Source of the DNA: an uncultured Collinsella sp.
GTDB taxonomy: Bacteria > Actinomycetota > Coriobacteriia > Coriobacteriales > Coriobacteriaceae
Direction of reading: 5' to 3'
NCBI GenBank assembly: GCA_900758475.1
Contig: CAAERQ010000007.1
Coordinates: forward strand, 16,753 to 80,752
Length of the DNA stretch: 64,000 bases
Part shown: piece by piece, positions 37,532-48,212 of the stretch
Numbering within the stretch: the stretch's first letter is position 1
How the letters are laid out: the number at the start of each line of letters is the position of its first letter
Position numbers and translations under genes: made by a program
The notes under the pieces: model-generated
What the model was told of the DNA's origin: nothing
Databases searched by the model: none
What the model saw: only the letters and a program-made list of their open reading frames with translations

Positions 37532-38476
37532 GTGGCGTTCAACCATAAGCACCTGATTGACATTACCGAGTACTCCGAAGAGGACATCAAGCTCATCCTC
37601 GAGACCGCCAAGGCGTTCTCCGAGGTCAACGAGCGTGCGATCAAGAAGGTCCCCACGCTCAAGGGCAAGACCATCGTTAACATGTTCAACGAGCCCTCGA
37701 CGCGCACCCGTAGCTCCTTCGAGCTCGCCGAGAAGCGTCTTTCGGCCGACAGCCTCAACTTTGGCGGCTCCTCGACCTCCACGGTCAAGGGCGAGAGCCT
37801 CGTCGATACCGTCGAGACCCTCAATGCCTATAAGATCGACTGCATCGTCGTGCGCGACAAGCATGCCGGCGCGCCCTACATCGTTACGCAGAACTCGCCC
37901 GCGAGCGTCATCTGCGCCGGCGACGGCAAGCACAACCACCCCACGCAGGCCCTGCTCGACCTGTACACCATTTGGCAGCACAAGGGTGACTTCCACGGTC
38001 TGAAGGTCGCCGTCGTCGGCGACATCTCCCACTCCCGTGTCTGCGGCTCGTTGATCCCCGCCCTTAAGATTATGGGCTGCGAGACCTACGCCGTCGCTCC
38101 CGGCACGCTGCTGCCGCCGGCGCCCGAGGTCCTGGGCTGCGACCACGTGACGAGCGACCTCGATTCCGTCCTGCCCGAGCTCGACGTCGTCTACATGCTG
38201 CGCGTGCAGCAGGAGCGTCTCGAGGGCGCACCGTTCCCCACGATTCGTGAGTACCACAAGCTCTTCGGCCTGACCAAGGACCGCGAGAAGCTCATGAAGC
38301 CCGATGCGATCATCTGCCACCCGGGCCCCATCAACCGCGGCGTCGAGTTCGACTCCTATATGGCCGACCACCCGCAACGCTCCGTCATCCTGGAGCAGGT
38401 CTACGCTGGCATCTGCGTGCGTATGGCTATCCTGTATCTGCTGCTTGGAGGTGCCGATAATGGCCTTGCTTCTTAA
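37532..38476 (+). CDS. pyrB: Aspartate carbamoyltransferase catalytic subunit
   Basis: EPSTRTRSSFE, HPTQALLD, HPGPINRG. Confidence 0.97.
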   Translation: MAFNHKHLIDITEYSEEDIKLILETAKAFSEVNERAIKKVPTLKGKTIVNMFNEPSTRTRSSFELAEKRLSADSLNFGGSSTSTVKGESLVDTVETLNAYKIDCIVVRDKHAGAPYIVTQNSPASVICAGDGKHNHPTQALLDLYTIWQHKGDFHGLKVAVVGDISHSRVCGSLIPALKIMGCETYAVAPGTLLPPAPEVLGCDHVTSDLDSVLPELDVVYMLRVQQERLEGAPFPTIREYHKLFGLTKDREKLMKPDAIICHPGPINRGVEFDSYMADHPQRSVILEQVYAGICVRMAILYLLLGGADNGLAS

Positions 38477-39749
38477 GAATGCCCACGTCGTCGATCCGTC
38501 TGTCGAGCTTGATGGTGTCGTCGACGTCCTGATCGACGGTGACAAGATCGCCGAGGTCGGCGAGAACCTCGCCGCCGAGGGAGCCGAGGTCCGCGACCTT
38601 TCCGGCAAGTATCTCGTCCCCGGTCTGGTGGATATGCACGTGCACCTGCGCGAGCCTGGCTACGAGGTCAAAGAGGACATCGAGAGTGGCACCCGCGCTG
38701 CTGCCAAGGGCGGCTTCACCGGCGTGTGCGCCATGCCCAACACCGATCCCGTCACCGATAACGGCACCGTCGTGGAGTTCGTTAAGTCCCGCGCTGCCGA
38801 GGTCGGCCACTGCCGCGTCTATCCGTCGGGCGCCATGACCCGCGGTCTTAAGGGCGAGGCCATGTCCGAGATGGGCGATATGGTCGCCCACGGCGCCGTC
38901 GCCTTCACTGACGACGGTCGTGGCGTGCAGGGCGCGGGCATGCTCCGTCGCTGCATGGACTACGGCAAGATGTTCGGCAAGGTCTTTATGAGCCACTGCC
39001 AGGACGAGGATCTGGTCGGTCACGGTCAGATCAACGAGGGCAAGGTCTCGACCCGTCTGGCCCTCGAGGGCTGGCCGGCGGCAGGCGAGGAGCTGCAGAT
39101 CGCTCGCGATATCGAGATCGCCAAGCTGACCGGTGCCAAGCTGCACATCCAGCACATCTCCACCGCTCATGGCCTGGAACTCGTGCGAGCCGGTAAGGCC
39201 GCCGGTGTCCAGGTGACCTGCGAGGCTACCCCGCACCACATGTTCCTGACCGAGAACGACCTGGATGAGACCTACAACACCTCGCTCAAGGTCAATCCGC
39301 CGCTTCGCACCGACGAGGACGCCGAGGCCATCCGTCAGGGTGTCATCGACGGTACCGTCGACGTTATCGTCACCGATCACGCTCCCCACACCCCGTGGGA
39401 GAAGGCCCGCGAGTTCGAGCTTGCGCCCTTTGGCATGATCGGCCTCGAGACCTCGCTGTCGCTTGTGCTTACCGAGCTGGTCAACACGGGCAAGATGAGC
39501 ATGGCTCGCATGGTCGAGCTCATGGCCATCAAGCCGCGTGAGATCCTGGGCCTCGACCAGGTTCAGGTCAAGGCGGGCTCTGTCGCCGACCTGACCGTGT
39601 TCGACCCCTCCGCAACCTGGACGGTTGGCGAGGACGGTTACGAGTCGCGCGCCGAGAACTCCGGTTTTGCCGGCCGCACGCTCACCGGTCGTGCCACCGA
39701 TGTGTTTGTCGGCGGTAAGCAGACGCTTGCTGACGGCTGCATCTGCTAG
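38460..39749 (+). CDS. pyrC: Dihydroorotase
   Basis: DMHVHLREPG, MPNT, KVNPPLR, TDHAPH. Confidence 0.96.
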   Translation: MALLLKNAHVVDPSVELDGVVDVLIDGDKIAEVGENLAAEGAEVRDLSGKYLVPGLVDMHVHLREPGYEVKEDIESGTRAAAKGGFTGVCAMPNTDPVTDNGTVVEFVKSRAAEVGHCRVYPSGAMTRGLKGEAMSEMGDMVAHGAVAFTDDGRGVQGAGMLRRCMDYGKMFGKVFMSHCQDEDLVGHGQINEGKVSTRLALEGWPAAGEELQIARDIEIAKLTGAKLHIQHISTAHGLELVRAGKAAGVQVTCEATPHHMFLTENDLDETYNTSLKVNPPLRTDEDAEAIRQGVIDGTVDVIVTDHAPHTPWEKAREFELAPFGMIGLETSLSLVLTELVNTGKMSMARMVELMAIKPREILGLDQVQVKAGSVADLTVFDPSATWTVGEDGYESRAENSGFAGRTLTGRATDVFVGGKQTLADGCIC

Positions 39750-39841
39750 CATAGCCTTATCGCTTTTGTGCGCGGCGCCCTTGCGGTGCCGCGCTTTCTA
39801 TTCGTTTGGACCATGCAACCGCATGGGGGATTGGAGCGTCT

Positions 39842-40633
39842 ATGCCCACACCTTCCACTGCACGCATGCACGACTTCGAGGTCGTCTCGAACCGGGAGAT
39901 TGCCGACGGCATCTTCTCGCTCGTCATCTCGGCCCCCAAGCTTGCAAGTGCGCTCAAGCCCGGTCAGTTTGTGAACATCGCCGTACCCGGCGATGCGTCC
40001 TCGCTGCTTCGCGTGCCCCTGAGCTACTACCGCGCCGACGCCGAGGCCGGCACCGTCGAGCTGTGGTACGCCGTCGTGGGCGACGATACCCGTCGTTTGT
40101 CCCAGATGGGCCCTGGCTCCACCTCTAACCTGCTGGGCCCCGGTGGCCGTGGCTGGATGGTACCCGAGGGCACCAGGAAGGCCCTGCTCGTCGCCGGTGG
40201 CATCGGCGTTCCTCCTGTGCTGTGCCTGGCCGGTATGCTTGCCGAGCAGGGTGTTGACGTGGATGTGTGCCTGGGCTTTGGCACCGCTTCCAAGGCCGTG
40301 GGCGTCGATGGGTTCCGCGCGCTGTGCGATACGGTTAACGTGTGCACCGACGACGGTTCGCTCGGCACGCACGGTTTCTGCACCGATCCTGCTGCCGAGC
40401 TGCTTGGCGAGGGCGGCTACGACTACGTCGCTAGCTGCGGCCCCGCCGTCATGATGAAGAAAGTCGCCGCCGCTGCCGCCGAGGCCGGTGCGTACTGCGA
40501 GGTGTCTCTCGAGCGCATGATGAGCTGCGGCTTTGGCGCCTGCAACACCTGCAACGTCGAGACGGTCGACGGTATGAAGGGCGCCTGCATGTGCGGCCCC
40601 GTGTTCGATGCTTCCAAGGTGGTGGTCTTCTAG
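39842..40633 (+). CDS. pyrK: Dihydroorotate dehydrogenase B electron-transfer subunit
   Basis: PGQFV, AGGIG, CGP, 2Fe-2S motif MSCGFGACNTC...C-x-CGPVF. Confidence 0.92.
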   Translation: MPTPSTARMHDFEVVSNREIADGIFSLVISAPKLASALKPGQFVNIAVPGDASSLLRVPLSYYRADAEAGTVELWYAVVGDDTRRLSQMGPGSTSNLLGPGGRGWMVPEGTRKALLVAGGIGVPPVLCLAGMLAEQGVDVDVCLGFGTASKAVGVDGFRALCDTVNVCTDDGSLGTHGFCTDPAAELLGEGGYDYVASCGPAVMMKKVAAAAAEAGAYCEVSLERMMSCGFGACNTCNVETVDGMKGACMCGPVFDASKVVVF

Positions 40634-41556
40634 TGGGTACCGTGAACATGGCCGTCGATTTCGGCGGCGTCAAGATGCAGAACCCCATCAACACCGCAGC
40701 CGGCACCTTCGGCTACGGTTGGCAGTTCCAGAATTTCTTCGATGTTTCCCAGCTGGGCGCCATTACCACCAAGGGCTGCGCCGCCGAGCCCTGGCCGGGC
40801 AACCCTGCGCCCCGCATGGCCGAGATTCCCGGCGGTATGATCAACTCCGTGGGCCTGCAGAACCCCGGTGTTGCCGCCTTTGCCCGTGAGTCCGGCCCGT
40901 GGCTCGAGCAGCTTTCCAAGGACGGTTGTCAGGTCATTTGCCAGGTTGCCGGGCACTCCGTTGATGAGTTTGTGCGCGCGCTCGAGATGTATGTCGAGCT
41001 GTGCCCCTGGGCTGCCGGCTACGAGATCAACGTGAGCTGCCCCAACATCGCTGCCGGCGGTGCCGCCATGGGCTCTACGCCCGAGGGTGCCTCTTCCGTC
41101 ATGGCCGCCTGCCGCAAGGTGACCGATAAGCCGCTGTTCGTCAAGATGGCTCCGGTTAACGTCGCCGAGATTGCCAAGGCTCTCGAGGCCGCCGGCGCCG
41201 ACGGCCTTTCGGTCATTAACTCCATCCAGGGTATGGCCATCGATGTTCATACCCGCAAGTCCCGCGTGGCCAAGCCCAAGGGCGGCCTTTCGGGCCCGCT
41301 GTGCCACCACATCGCCGTGCGCATGGTCTGGGAGGTTGCCCAGGCCGTCGATATTCCTATCAACGGTGTCGGCGGCGTCATGACCGGCGAGGATGCGGCC
41401 GAGTTTATCCTGGCTGGTGCTACCTGCGTGTCGGTCGGCATGGCCAACTTCGTCGATCCGTGTGCTTCGCTCAAGATCGCTCACGAGCTCGAGGCCTGGG
41501 CGGAGTCTCAGGGCGTGAAGGATATCAACGAGCTGGTAGGTGCTTTCGAATGCTAG
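40633..41556 (+). CDS. pyrD: Dihydroorotate dehydrogenase B catalytic subunit
   Basis: NSVGLQNPG, EINVSCPN, GGLSG. Confidence 0.95.
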   Translation: MGTVNMAVDFGGVKMQNPINTAAGTFGYGWQFQNFFDVSQLGAITTKGCAAEPWPGNPAPRMAEIPGGMINSVGLQNPGVAAFARESGPWLEQLSKDGCQVICQVAGHSVDEFVRALEMYVELCPWAAGYEINVSCPNIAAGGAAMGSTPEGASSVMAACRKVTDKPLFVKMAPVNVAEIAKALEAAGADGLSVINSIQGMAIDVHTRKSRVAKPKGGLSGPLCHHIAVRMVWEVAQAVDIPINGVGGVMTGEDAAEFILAGATCVSVGMANFVDPCASLKIAHELEAWAESQGVKDINELVGAFEC

Positions 41557-42266
41557 AGACTGATGCCCGCGACCGCGTTATCGTCGCCCTCGACTGCGAC
41601 CGTGAGCGTGCGCTCGAGCTCGCCCGCGAGCTTTCGGGTCACGCCGCTTGGCTCAAGGTCGGCATGACGCTCTATTACGCCGAGGGCCCCCAGATCGTCA
41701 AGACCTTTAAGGACCTTGGCTTTAAGGTCTTCCTCGACCTTAAGTTCCACGATATTCCGCATCAGGTGCGCGGCGCTGCCCGTTCGGCCTCGCTTGCCGG
41801 TGCCGACCTGCTTTCGGTCCACGGCCTGGGCTCGGGCGCTATGCTCGCCGCCTGCCGCGAGGGCGCCGAGGAGGCGCGCGAAGACCGAGCCAAGCTCGTC
41901 GCCATTACCGTGCTTACGAGCATGAACCAGGATTCTCTCAGCGAGATCGGCGTCGAGTCGCCGGTGGCCGAGGAGGCCGCACGTCTGGCAAAGCTCGCCC
42001 AGGCCAACGGTATCGACGGTATCGTGTGCTCACCGATGGAGGCCCACGACATGCGTGAGCTGCTGGGCCCCGATGCTCTCATCGTGACCCCGGGCGTTCG
42101 TCCCGTGGGTGCGGCCCTGGGCGATCAGTCCCGCGTGGCCACGCCTTCCCAGGCTATTGAGCGTGGTGCAAGCCATATCGTGGTGGGCCGTCCCATCACC
42201 GGTGCCGACGACCCGGTTGCCGCTTTTGACGCCATTGTCGCCGAGCTGGTCGAAAACGTCGCGTAA
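41550..42266 (+). CDS. pyrF: Orotidine-5'-phosphate decarboxylase
   Basis: IVALD, VFLDLKFHDIP, VTPGVR, VVGRPIT. Confidence 0.97.
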   Translation: MLETDARDRVIVALDCDRERALELARELSGHAAWLKVGMTLYYAEGPQIVKTFKDLGFKVFLDLKFHDIPHQVRGAARSASLAGADLLSVHGLGSGAMLAACREGAEEAREDRAKLVAITVLTSMNQDSLSEIGVESPVAEEAARLAKLAQANGIDGIVCSPMEAHDMRELLGPDALIVTPGVRPVGAALGDQSRVATPSQAIERGASHIVVGRPITGADDPVAAFDAIVAELVENVA

Positions 42267-42504
42267 AAGATTCCCTTAAGTCGCCACTTTTGGGTGTCAA
42301 TAGCACAAAATAGCCCCCGTGCCTGCGAAAACTTTCCCATCTATTGTGTGGAATCGCGGTTCGGGGGCTTAACTTTGCCCCCGATATATTGCACTTTTTG
42401 CAGGTATCGTCTAACCTATGGAGCCGCAATTGAGCATTTTGTACGTTTGACGTGCTAAAATGCCAACATCGAATGAATGTTAAACCAATTATTTGGAGGT
42501 TCGA

Positions 42505-42813
42505 ATGGCACTTCCTCAGCTTACCGACGAGCAGCGCAAGCAGGCTCTTGAGAAGGCCGCTGCCGCCCGTCATGCCCGCGCTGAGCTTCGCGAGCAGATC
42601 AAGAAGGGTGAGAAGTCCCTCGAGTCCGTGCTCAACTCCGATGATCCCATCGCTTCCCGCATGAAGGTCTCCACCCTTATCGAGTCTCTCCCTGGTTATG
42701 GCAAGGCCAAGGCCGCCAAGATTATGGAGGAGCTCGGCATCTCCGCTACCCGTCGCGTCCAGGGCCTCGGCGTCCGTCAGCGCGAGCAGCTCCTCGAGCA
42801 GCTGACCAAATAA
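42505..42813 (+). CDS. mihF: Actinobacterial integration host factor (mIHF/sIHF)
   Basis: MALPQLTDEQRKQALEKAAAAR, LIESLPGYGKAKA; pyrF-mihF-gmk order. Confidence 0.93.
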   Translation: MALPQLTDEQRKQALEKAAAARHARAELREQIKKGEKSLESVLNSDDPIASRMKVSTLIESLPGYGKAKAAKIMEELGISATRRVQGLGVRQREQLLEQLTK

Positions 42814-43383
42814 GTGAGTGCTCAGGATTCCAAGCTCTTTGTGATTTCTGGACCGTCAGGCGCGGGCAAGGGCACGCTCGTCACTCGTGTGCGAGAGCAT
42901 CGCTCGAACCTGGGCCTGACGGTTTCGGCTACCACGCGAGCTCCGCGTAAAGGCGAGGTCGACGGCGTCAATTACTTTTTCCTGACGCGTGAGGAGTTCG
43001 ACCGCCGCGTGGCAAACGGTGAGTTTGTCGAGTGGGCTGAGGTCCACGGCAACTGCTATGGCACGCTGGTGAGCGAGGTCCAGTCCAAGCTCGCCTCTGG
43101 TGCTTCTCTGATTTTGGAGATTGATGTCCAGGGTGCCCTGCAAGTCAAGGAGCGCTTTCCCGAGGCCGTGCTGATCTTTATCAAGCCGCCTTCGCTCGAG
43201 GTGCTTCGTGAGCGTCTTGTCGGTCGTGGTACCGAGTCGCCCGAGACGATTGAGCTGCGCATGGCAAACGCCGCCCATGAGCTTGCCCTTGCCGACCGCT
43301 ACGACGACGTCGTGGTGAATGACGATCTCGACCGCGCGACCGATGAGCTCGTTCGCGTTCTCGATATGCATGAAAGGATCTGA
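42814..43383 (+). CDS. gmk: Guanylate kinase
   Basis: SGPSGAGKGT, SATTRAPRKGEVDGVNY, LEIDVQGA. Confidence 0.97.
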   Translation: MSAQDSKLFVISGPSGAGKGTLVTRVREHRSNLGLTVSATTRAPRKGEVDGVNYFFLTREEFDRRVANGEFVEWAEVHGNCYGTLVSEVQSKLASGASLILEIDVQGALQVKERFPEAVLIFIKPPSLEVLRERLVGRGTESPETIELRMANAAHELALADRYDDVVVNDDLDRATDELVRVLDMHERI

Positions 43384-43388
43384 GGTCC

Positions 43389-43670
43389 GTGTCCGTTGTA
43401 AAGCCTTGCATTGACGATCTTCTGGAGAAGACCGATCACAACCGCTTCCTGCTCGCTTCGCTTGCCTCCAAGCGCGCCTGCGATATCAATAGCATGCTGC
43501 GTGGCCAGCACAATCGTGTGCTTGCCGTCCAGGATGTCGATGACATCACCATCGCGCTCTCGGGTGCCGATACCATTTCGATGGCTATGGATGAGATCGT
43601 CGACGGCGATATCTCCTACGACGAGGCCCGTTACGAGAAGGCACTCGGCCACAAGGTTGCTGAAGCCTAA
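43389..43670 (+). CDS. rpoZ: RNA polymerase omega subunit
   Basis: P-x-IDDLLEK, NRFLL, SKRA, AMDEI; follows gmk. Confidence 0.85.
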   Translation: MSVVKPCIDDLLEKTDHNRFLLASLASKRACDINSMLRGQHNRVLAVQDVDDITIALSGADTISMAMDEIVDGDISYDEARYEKALGHKVAEA

Positions 43671-44915
43671 ATGGCAGCTCGCGTCTGCCTGGTCCACTAT
43701 CACGAGGTTGGACTGAAGGGCAAGAACCGCGCACATTTTGAGCATATTCTCATGGATAACATTAAGGCGGCTTTGGCCGCCTTTTCCGTGAATGCCGTGT
43801 CTCGAATTTCCGGTTATATCCTCGTGACCTTTAACGAGCATCAGGCCGACGATGCGGCGCGCGTTATTCGCACCGTGCCCGGCGTTGCTCGTGTGTCCCT
43901 GGCCTACCACACCAATCGCGACCCTCAGGAGTACTGCGCGGCGGCTGTAAAGGCGCTGCGTGAGTTTGGCCCCTTCGACTCGTTTAAGGTACATGCCAAG
44001 CGCTCTAACACCGATTATGAACTCACCTCGATTGATATCAACCGTCAGGTGGGCGAGGTGCTATGTGAGGCGTTCCCCGATAAAAAGGTCCAGATGCATG
44101 ATCCCGACGCGATGGTGCACGTGCTGGTTGTTCAGGGCAGCGTTTACGTGTACGCGCGCTCCGAGCGCGGTGTGGGCGGTCTGCCGGTGGGCTCTGCCGG
44201 TAAGGTCGTGACCCTGCTGTCATCGGGTATCGACTCGCCGGTGGCAACCTGGATGCTCGCGCGCCGCGGAGCCGTGTGCGTGCCGGTGCATTTTTCCGGT
44301 CGTCCGCAGACGCCCGATACGAGCGAGTATCTGGTGCAGGACATCATTCGCGCCCTTGAGCCGGGTGTCCAGATCGGCCGTCTGTACGTGGTGCCGTTTG
44401 GCGATTGCCAGCGTGAGATTTCCGTCACCTGCCCCAGCAACCTGCGCGTGATCATGTATCGCCGCATCATGTATTCGGTCGCCGAGCGCATCGCGCATTT
44501 CGAGGGCGCCAAGGCCATCGTGACCGGCGAGTCGCTTGGCCAGGTTGCCTCTCAGACGCTCGAGAACATCATGGCTGTCAATGAAGCCGTGAAGATTCCC
44601 GTGTTCCGTCCGCTCATTGGTTCTGATAAGCAGGAGATCATCGCGCGTGCCCAGGAGATCGGCACGTTTGATATCTCGACCGAGGCGGCGCCCGATTGCT
44701 GCACGCTCTTTATGCCGCGTCGTCCCGAGACGCATGCCAAGCTCGATGCCGTGCATGAGGCCTGGGAGCTGTTCGATCACGAGGAGATGATCGAGCGCCT
44801 GCTCAAACAGACCGAGTATATCGATTTTGGCAGCAACACGTATAAGGCCCCCAAGACCTTAAAACGCAAACATTCGGAGCTCGCTCCGCGTGAGATTTAC
44901 CAAGATCACGAGTAA
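43671..44915 (+). CDS. thiI: tRNA 4-thiouridine synthase ThiI
   Basis: EVGLKGKNR, THUMP domain, PP-loop SSGIDSPV, TGESLGQVASQT. Confidence 0.95.
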   Translation: MAARVCLVHYHEVGLKGKNRAHFEHILMDNIKAALAAFSVNAVSRISGYILVTFNEHQADDAARVIRTVPGVARVSLAYHTNRDPQEYCAAAVKALREFGPFDSFKVHAKRSNTDYELTSIDINRQVGEVLCEAFPDKKVQMHDPDAMVHVLVVQGSVYVYARSERGVGGLPVGSAGKVVTLLSSGIDSPVATWMLARRGAVCVPVHFSGRPQTPDTSEYLVQDIIRALEPGVQIGRLYVVPFGDCQREISVTCPSNLRVIMYRRIMYSVAERIAHFEGAKAIVTGESLGQVASQTLENIMAVNEAVKIPVFRPLIGSDKQEIIARAQEIGTFDISTEAAPDCCTLFMPRRPETHAKLDAVHEAWELFDHEEMIERLLKQTEYIDFGSNTYKAPKTLKRKHSELAPREIYQDHE

Positions 44916-44925
44916 TTTGTTGCAT

Positions 44926-44958
44926 AGGCCGGCGATGTTTTTGCATCGTCGGCCTTTT
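44926..44958 (+). terminator. thiI terminator
   Basis: Stem AGGCCGGCGATG/CATCGTCGGCCT followed by TTT. Confidence 0.7.
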
Positions 44959-45129
44959 GCTATCTGGGCGTTTGCTTCTAAATTGTTCATTTGGCGACGC
45001 GTGCCTGAATAAATGGACACTTTTCCGCAAGGTTTTGGTCGGGTTTTGGTTAGACCGTGAGCGACGATGTGTGAACCCGGGCGCTGCGACCCCTCTCGCC
45101 TGACACGATAGTGTTGGGAGGTGTTTGCT

Positions 45130-45840
45130 ATGGCACAGCGCGAACAACACGAACGGGTCAAACGAATGGATCGCTGGGCGGGAAAGCTGCTCGAGCACAA
45201 GGCGGTGGTCGTGGCGATGCTCGTCGTTATTGCGATGGCGAGTGGGTTGGCGATGGCAACATTGGGCGGCGAATCCGATGGGGTGACGTTTGAGCGTGAT
45301 GCCACGTCGGTTGAGCGGGCGGATACGGGTTCTGAGGACGCTTCTGATGATGGCGATCCTTCAAGTGATTCGAAAAGGGCAAGTGCGGCCAGTGAGGTCT
45401 ATGTCGATGTTGGCGGGGCCGTGGTGACGCCGGGCGTCTATCGCCTGCGGGAAGGCGCACGCGTGGCACAGGCGATTGATGCTGCCGGCGGGCTTACGCC
45501 CGAGGCCGATGTCGCGGGCCTTAATCGAGCTTCTAGAGTAGTCGACGGACAGAAGATTTATGTGCCGCACGTAGGAGAGCAGCAGACGGTTGGTGACGTC
45601 GCTGGATCTGGACCCGGTGAGGCGTCTGTTGGCGCATCCGTCGTGAGTGATCTGGTAAATATCAATACGGCGAACGCCGCCGAACTGCAGACGCTCTCCG
45701 GCGTCGGTCCCTCCATGGCCCAGTCGATTATCGATGAGCGAACGCAAAACGGGCCATTTACCTCGATTGAAGACCTGATGCGGGTCTCGGGCATCGGCGA
45801 GAAGAAGTTCGCCAAGATCAAAGATTGCATTTGCATATGA
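45130..45840 (+). CDS. comEA: ComEA DNA receptor
   Basis: N-terminal TM helix, SLBB domain (VDVGGAVVTPGVY), HhH domain (VNINTA..LSGVGP..VSGIGEK). Confidence 0.93.
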   Translation: MAQREQHERVKRMDRWAGKLLEHKAVVVAMLVVIAMASGLAMATLGGESDGVTFERDATSVERADTGSEDASDDGDPSSDSKRASAASEVYVDVGGAVVTPGVYRLREGARVAQAIDAAGGLTPEADVAGLNRASRVVDGQKIYVPHVGEQQTVGDVAGSGPGEASVGASVVSDLVNINTANAAELQTLSGVGPSMAQSIIDERTQNGPFTSIEDLMRVSGIGEKKFAKIKDCICI

Positions 45841-48134
45841 ATGTGCGCGAGCGCGAAATGCCGCCTCGTCCTTTGATTCCGTGGTTGGCGGCGTTCTTTG
45901 CAGGCCTTGCCGGGGCGAGCGCGTTGGTTCTTAATGCAGCTGCCGATGTCCTGCTTGGCGAGGGCTCGTGGGACATAAGGACATTTTGGTTCTTATCGGT
46001 ATTTGCCGTGACGCTCGCTGCATTGGGCAAAGCATGCCCCTGGGTAGCGCGATGGAAACGAGGAATCTATGCCGCTTCGGTCGGTGTCGTTGCGGGCGCA
46101 CTGGTTTCTGCATTGTGGTCCGCAAGTGCGCTGCACGCTTCGCGCGCTCTCGACGGACGGGCGGCAAGCTCCCTTGAATTTGTGGTGCAGGGTGACCCAT
46201 CCATTAACGAGGAGACCGATTCTTACACCTGCGATGCCTATGCAAAAGGGGAACGATTGGGGGCAGTTCGCCTTTCATGTGACCGAAGCCTCGATGCCGG
46301 CTGTCGCGTGCGGGTTATCGGGCGCATCTTGCCTTTTTCGAATGATTCCTATGAGCGTTCGCGCGTTTTGCGCGGCGAGGTGAGAAAGGTCAAGGCCGTC
46401 CGGATCGTATCGATTCAAGGCGGCTCGCCGAGCTTGTTGCTTCGATTTCGTAGCGCGCTCCTCGATGCCGTCGATCCCGTTGCCGATCCCGCCCGTGCGC
46501 TCATCGCCGGTGTCGTCTGCGGCCGTTCTTCCGAGCTGCGCGCGCAGCCGGCGTGCGATTGGTTTTCGGTAACGGGCACGGCTCATCTCATCGCCGTCTC
46601 GGGCAGCCACTTGTCGATCGTGGGCTTTGTGCTCGAGACCGCATTGCAAAAGACGCGTTGTCCGCGTGGGCTGCGGCGTGCGATGCTTGCGGCCGCGCTT
46701 GTGTCCTACACTGCCTTTACCGGTGCCTCGTCATCGGCCGTGCGCGCGTGCTGCATGGTGTTCGCAACGCTTGCCGTCAACGGTGCCGGACGTCGTCGCC
46801 ATGGCCTTTCCGCGCTTTTCATGACCATGTCGATCTTTGTGCTGCTGCGTCCGACGGTGCTGTTCGAGATGGGCTTTCAGTTATCGTGCGTGAGTGTCTT
46901 CGCCATCTTGTGTTTTTGCCCCTATGCCACCTTCGCCCTGGGTGAGCTTGGTGTGCCGTCGGCTGTGGCCGGTATGATCTCCGTCACGTTATGCTCGCAG
47001 TTGGCGACGTTGCCCATCACGATTCCGGCCTTTGGGACGTTTTCACTGATCGCACCGCTCGCGAATGCGCTCATCGGCCCCGTGGTGAGTGTACTGCTTG
47101 CCGTCTCGGTCGTGCTGGCGCCCTTATCGCTCGTACCTTTGTTGCGGCCTTGGGCGCTCTTGGTGCCCATGATCGCCGCTCGCTGTGCGCTGTTCTTTGA
47201 GCAGCTCCTTGCTGCGATACCGGGCGCATCGGTGAGCGTGCCGCCCGACTCGATAGAGGTTTTCCTTGTTCCGATGGCCCTCGCGATCTTGCTGGTCTGG
47301 TGGCCTCGTCCCCGTGCTCGCCCCATGGCGGCGGGGCTCGCGTGTTTGGTCTTTCTGGCGGCGCTCCCGTATGTCTATTGGGATCGATTCGCCCCACCTT
47401 CCGTGACGGTCCTGGACGTGGGACAGGCCGATGCGATCTTGGTTCGGCAGGGCTCGACGGCGGTGCTCGTGGATAGCGGGCTCGATGAGCGGGTGGTCAC
47501 CGCGCTCGTTCGAAACAATGTGCATCATATCGATGCCGTCTTTGTAACGCATTGGGATGAGGACCATTGGGGCGGCCTGCCCGCAGTGCTGGAACAGTTT
47601 TCGGTTGGGACCATAGCCGTGGCGGCCGACGCGCTCGAGGATGCGCCCGCACAGGTTCTAAACCGCCCCGGCGTTTCGTATCGCCAGGTGAGGCGGGGAG
47701 ATGCCGTCGACATCGGGGCGTTTCGCGCCCGCGTGATGTGGCCGTTTGATTCTGTGGATGGAGAGGGGAACGAGGACTCGCTTGTCTTGCTGCTCACCTT
47801 TGCGCAGGAAGGAAAGCGCTTGCGCATGCTGCTGACCGGCGATGCCGAGCTTGACCAGGAACGTGAGTTTGTGCAGGAGGTGGGGGATATCGATGTGCTT
47901 AAGTTGGGACATCACGGCTCGAAGGTCTCGGTCGACGGCGAGTTGCTGGGCGTCTTGAGACCCGAGCTATCCATTGCAAGCGCCGGCGAGGGGAATCGAT
48001 ACGGTCATCCCAGCGACGAGTGCGTGGATGCGGTTCGAGTGGCCGGTGGGGCCTTTGCGTGCACCATCGAACACGGTGATATCACCATCACGCCGACCGC
48101 GAAGGGCTTTACGATGCGATGCCAACGGTCGTGA
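45837..48134 (+). CDS. comEC: ComEC/Rec2 DNA uptake channel
   Basis: HLIAVSGSH, GFQLS, beta-lactamase-like domain (LDVGQAD, THWDEDH, LTGD, HHGS, YGHP). Confidence 0.93.
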   Translation: MNVREREMPPRPLIPWLAAFFAGLAGASALVLNAAADVLLGEGSWDIRTFWFLSVFAVTLAALGKACPWVARWKRGIYAASVGVVAGALVSALWSASALHASRALDGRAASSLEFVVQGDPSINEETDSYTCDAYAKGERLGAVRLSCDRSLDAGCRVRVIGRILPFSNDSYERSRVLRGEVRKVKAVRIVSIQGGSPSLLLRFRSALLDAVDPVADPARALIAGVVCGRSSELRAQPACDWFSVTGTAHLIAVSGSHLSIVGFVLETALQKTRCPRGLRRAMLAAALVSYTAFTGASSSAVRACCMVFATLAVNGAGRRRHGLSALFMTMSIFVLLRPTVLFEMGFQLSCVSVFAILCFCPYATFALGELGVPSAVAGMISVTLCSQLATLPITIPAFGTFSLIAPLANALIGPVVSVLLAVSVVLAPLSLVPLLRPWALLVPMIAARCALFFEQLLAAIPGASVSVPPDSIEVFLVPMALAILLVWWPRPRARPMAAGLACLVFLAALPYVYWDRFAPPSVTVLDVGQADAILVRQGSTAVLVDSGLDERVVTALVRNNVHHIDAVFVTHWDEDHWGGLPAVLEQFSVGTIAVAADALEDAPAQVLNRPGVSYRQVRRGDAVDIGAFRARVMWPFDSVDGEGNEDSLVLLLTFAQEGKRLRMLLTGDAELDQEREFVQEVGDIDVLKLGHHGSKVSVDGELLGVLRPELSIASAGEGNRYGHPSDECVDAVRVAGGAFACTIEHGDITITPTAKGFTMRCQRS

Positions 48135-48212
48135 TGGCATCGTTGGCGCTCGGTGGGACCCTGGGCTAAAATGACACGGTACGAATATGGGAGCTTGCAA
48201 GAGGGGAGCGCG

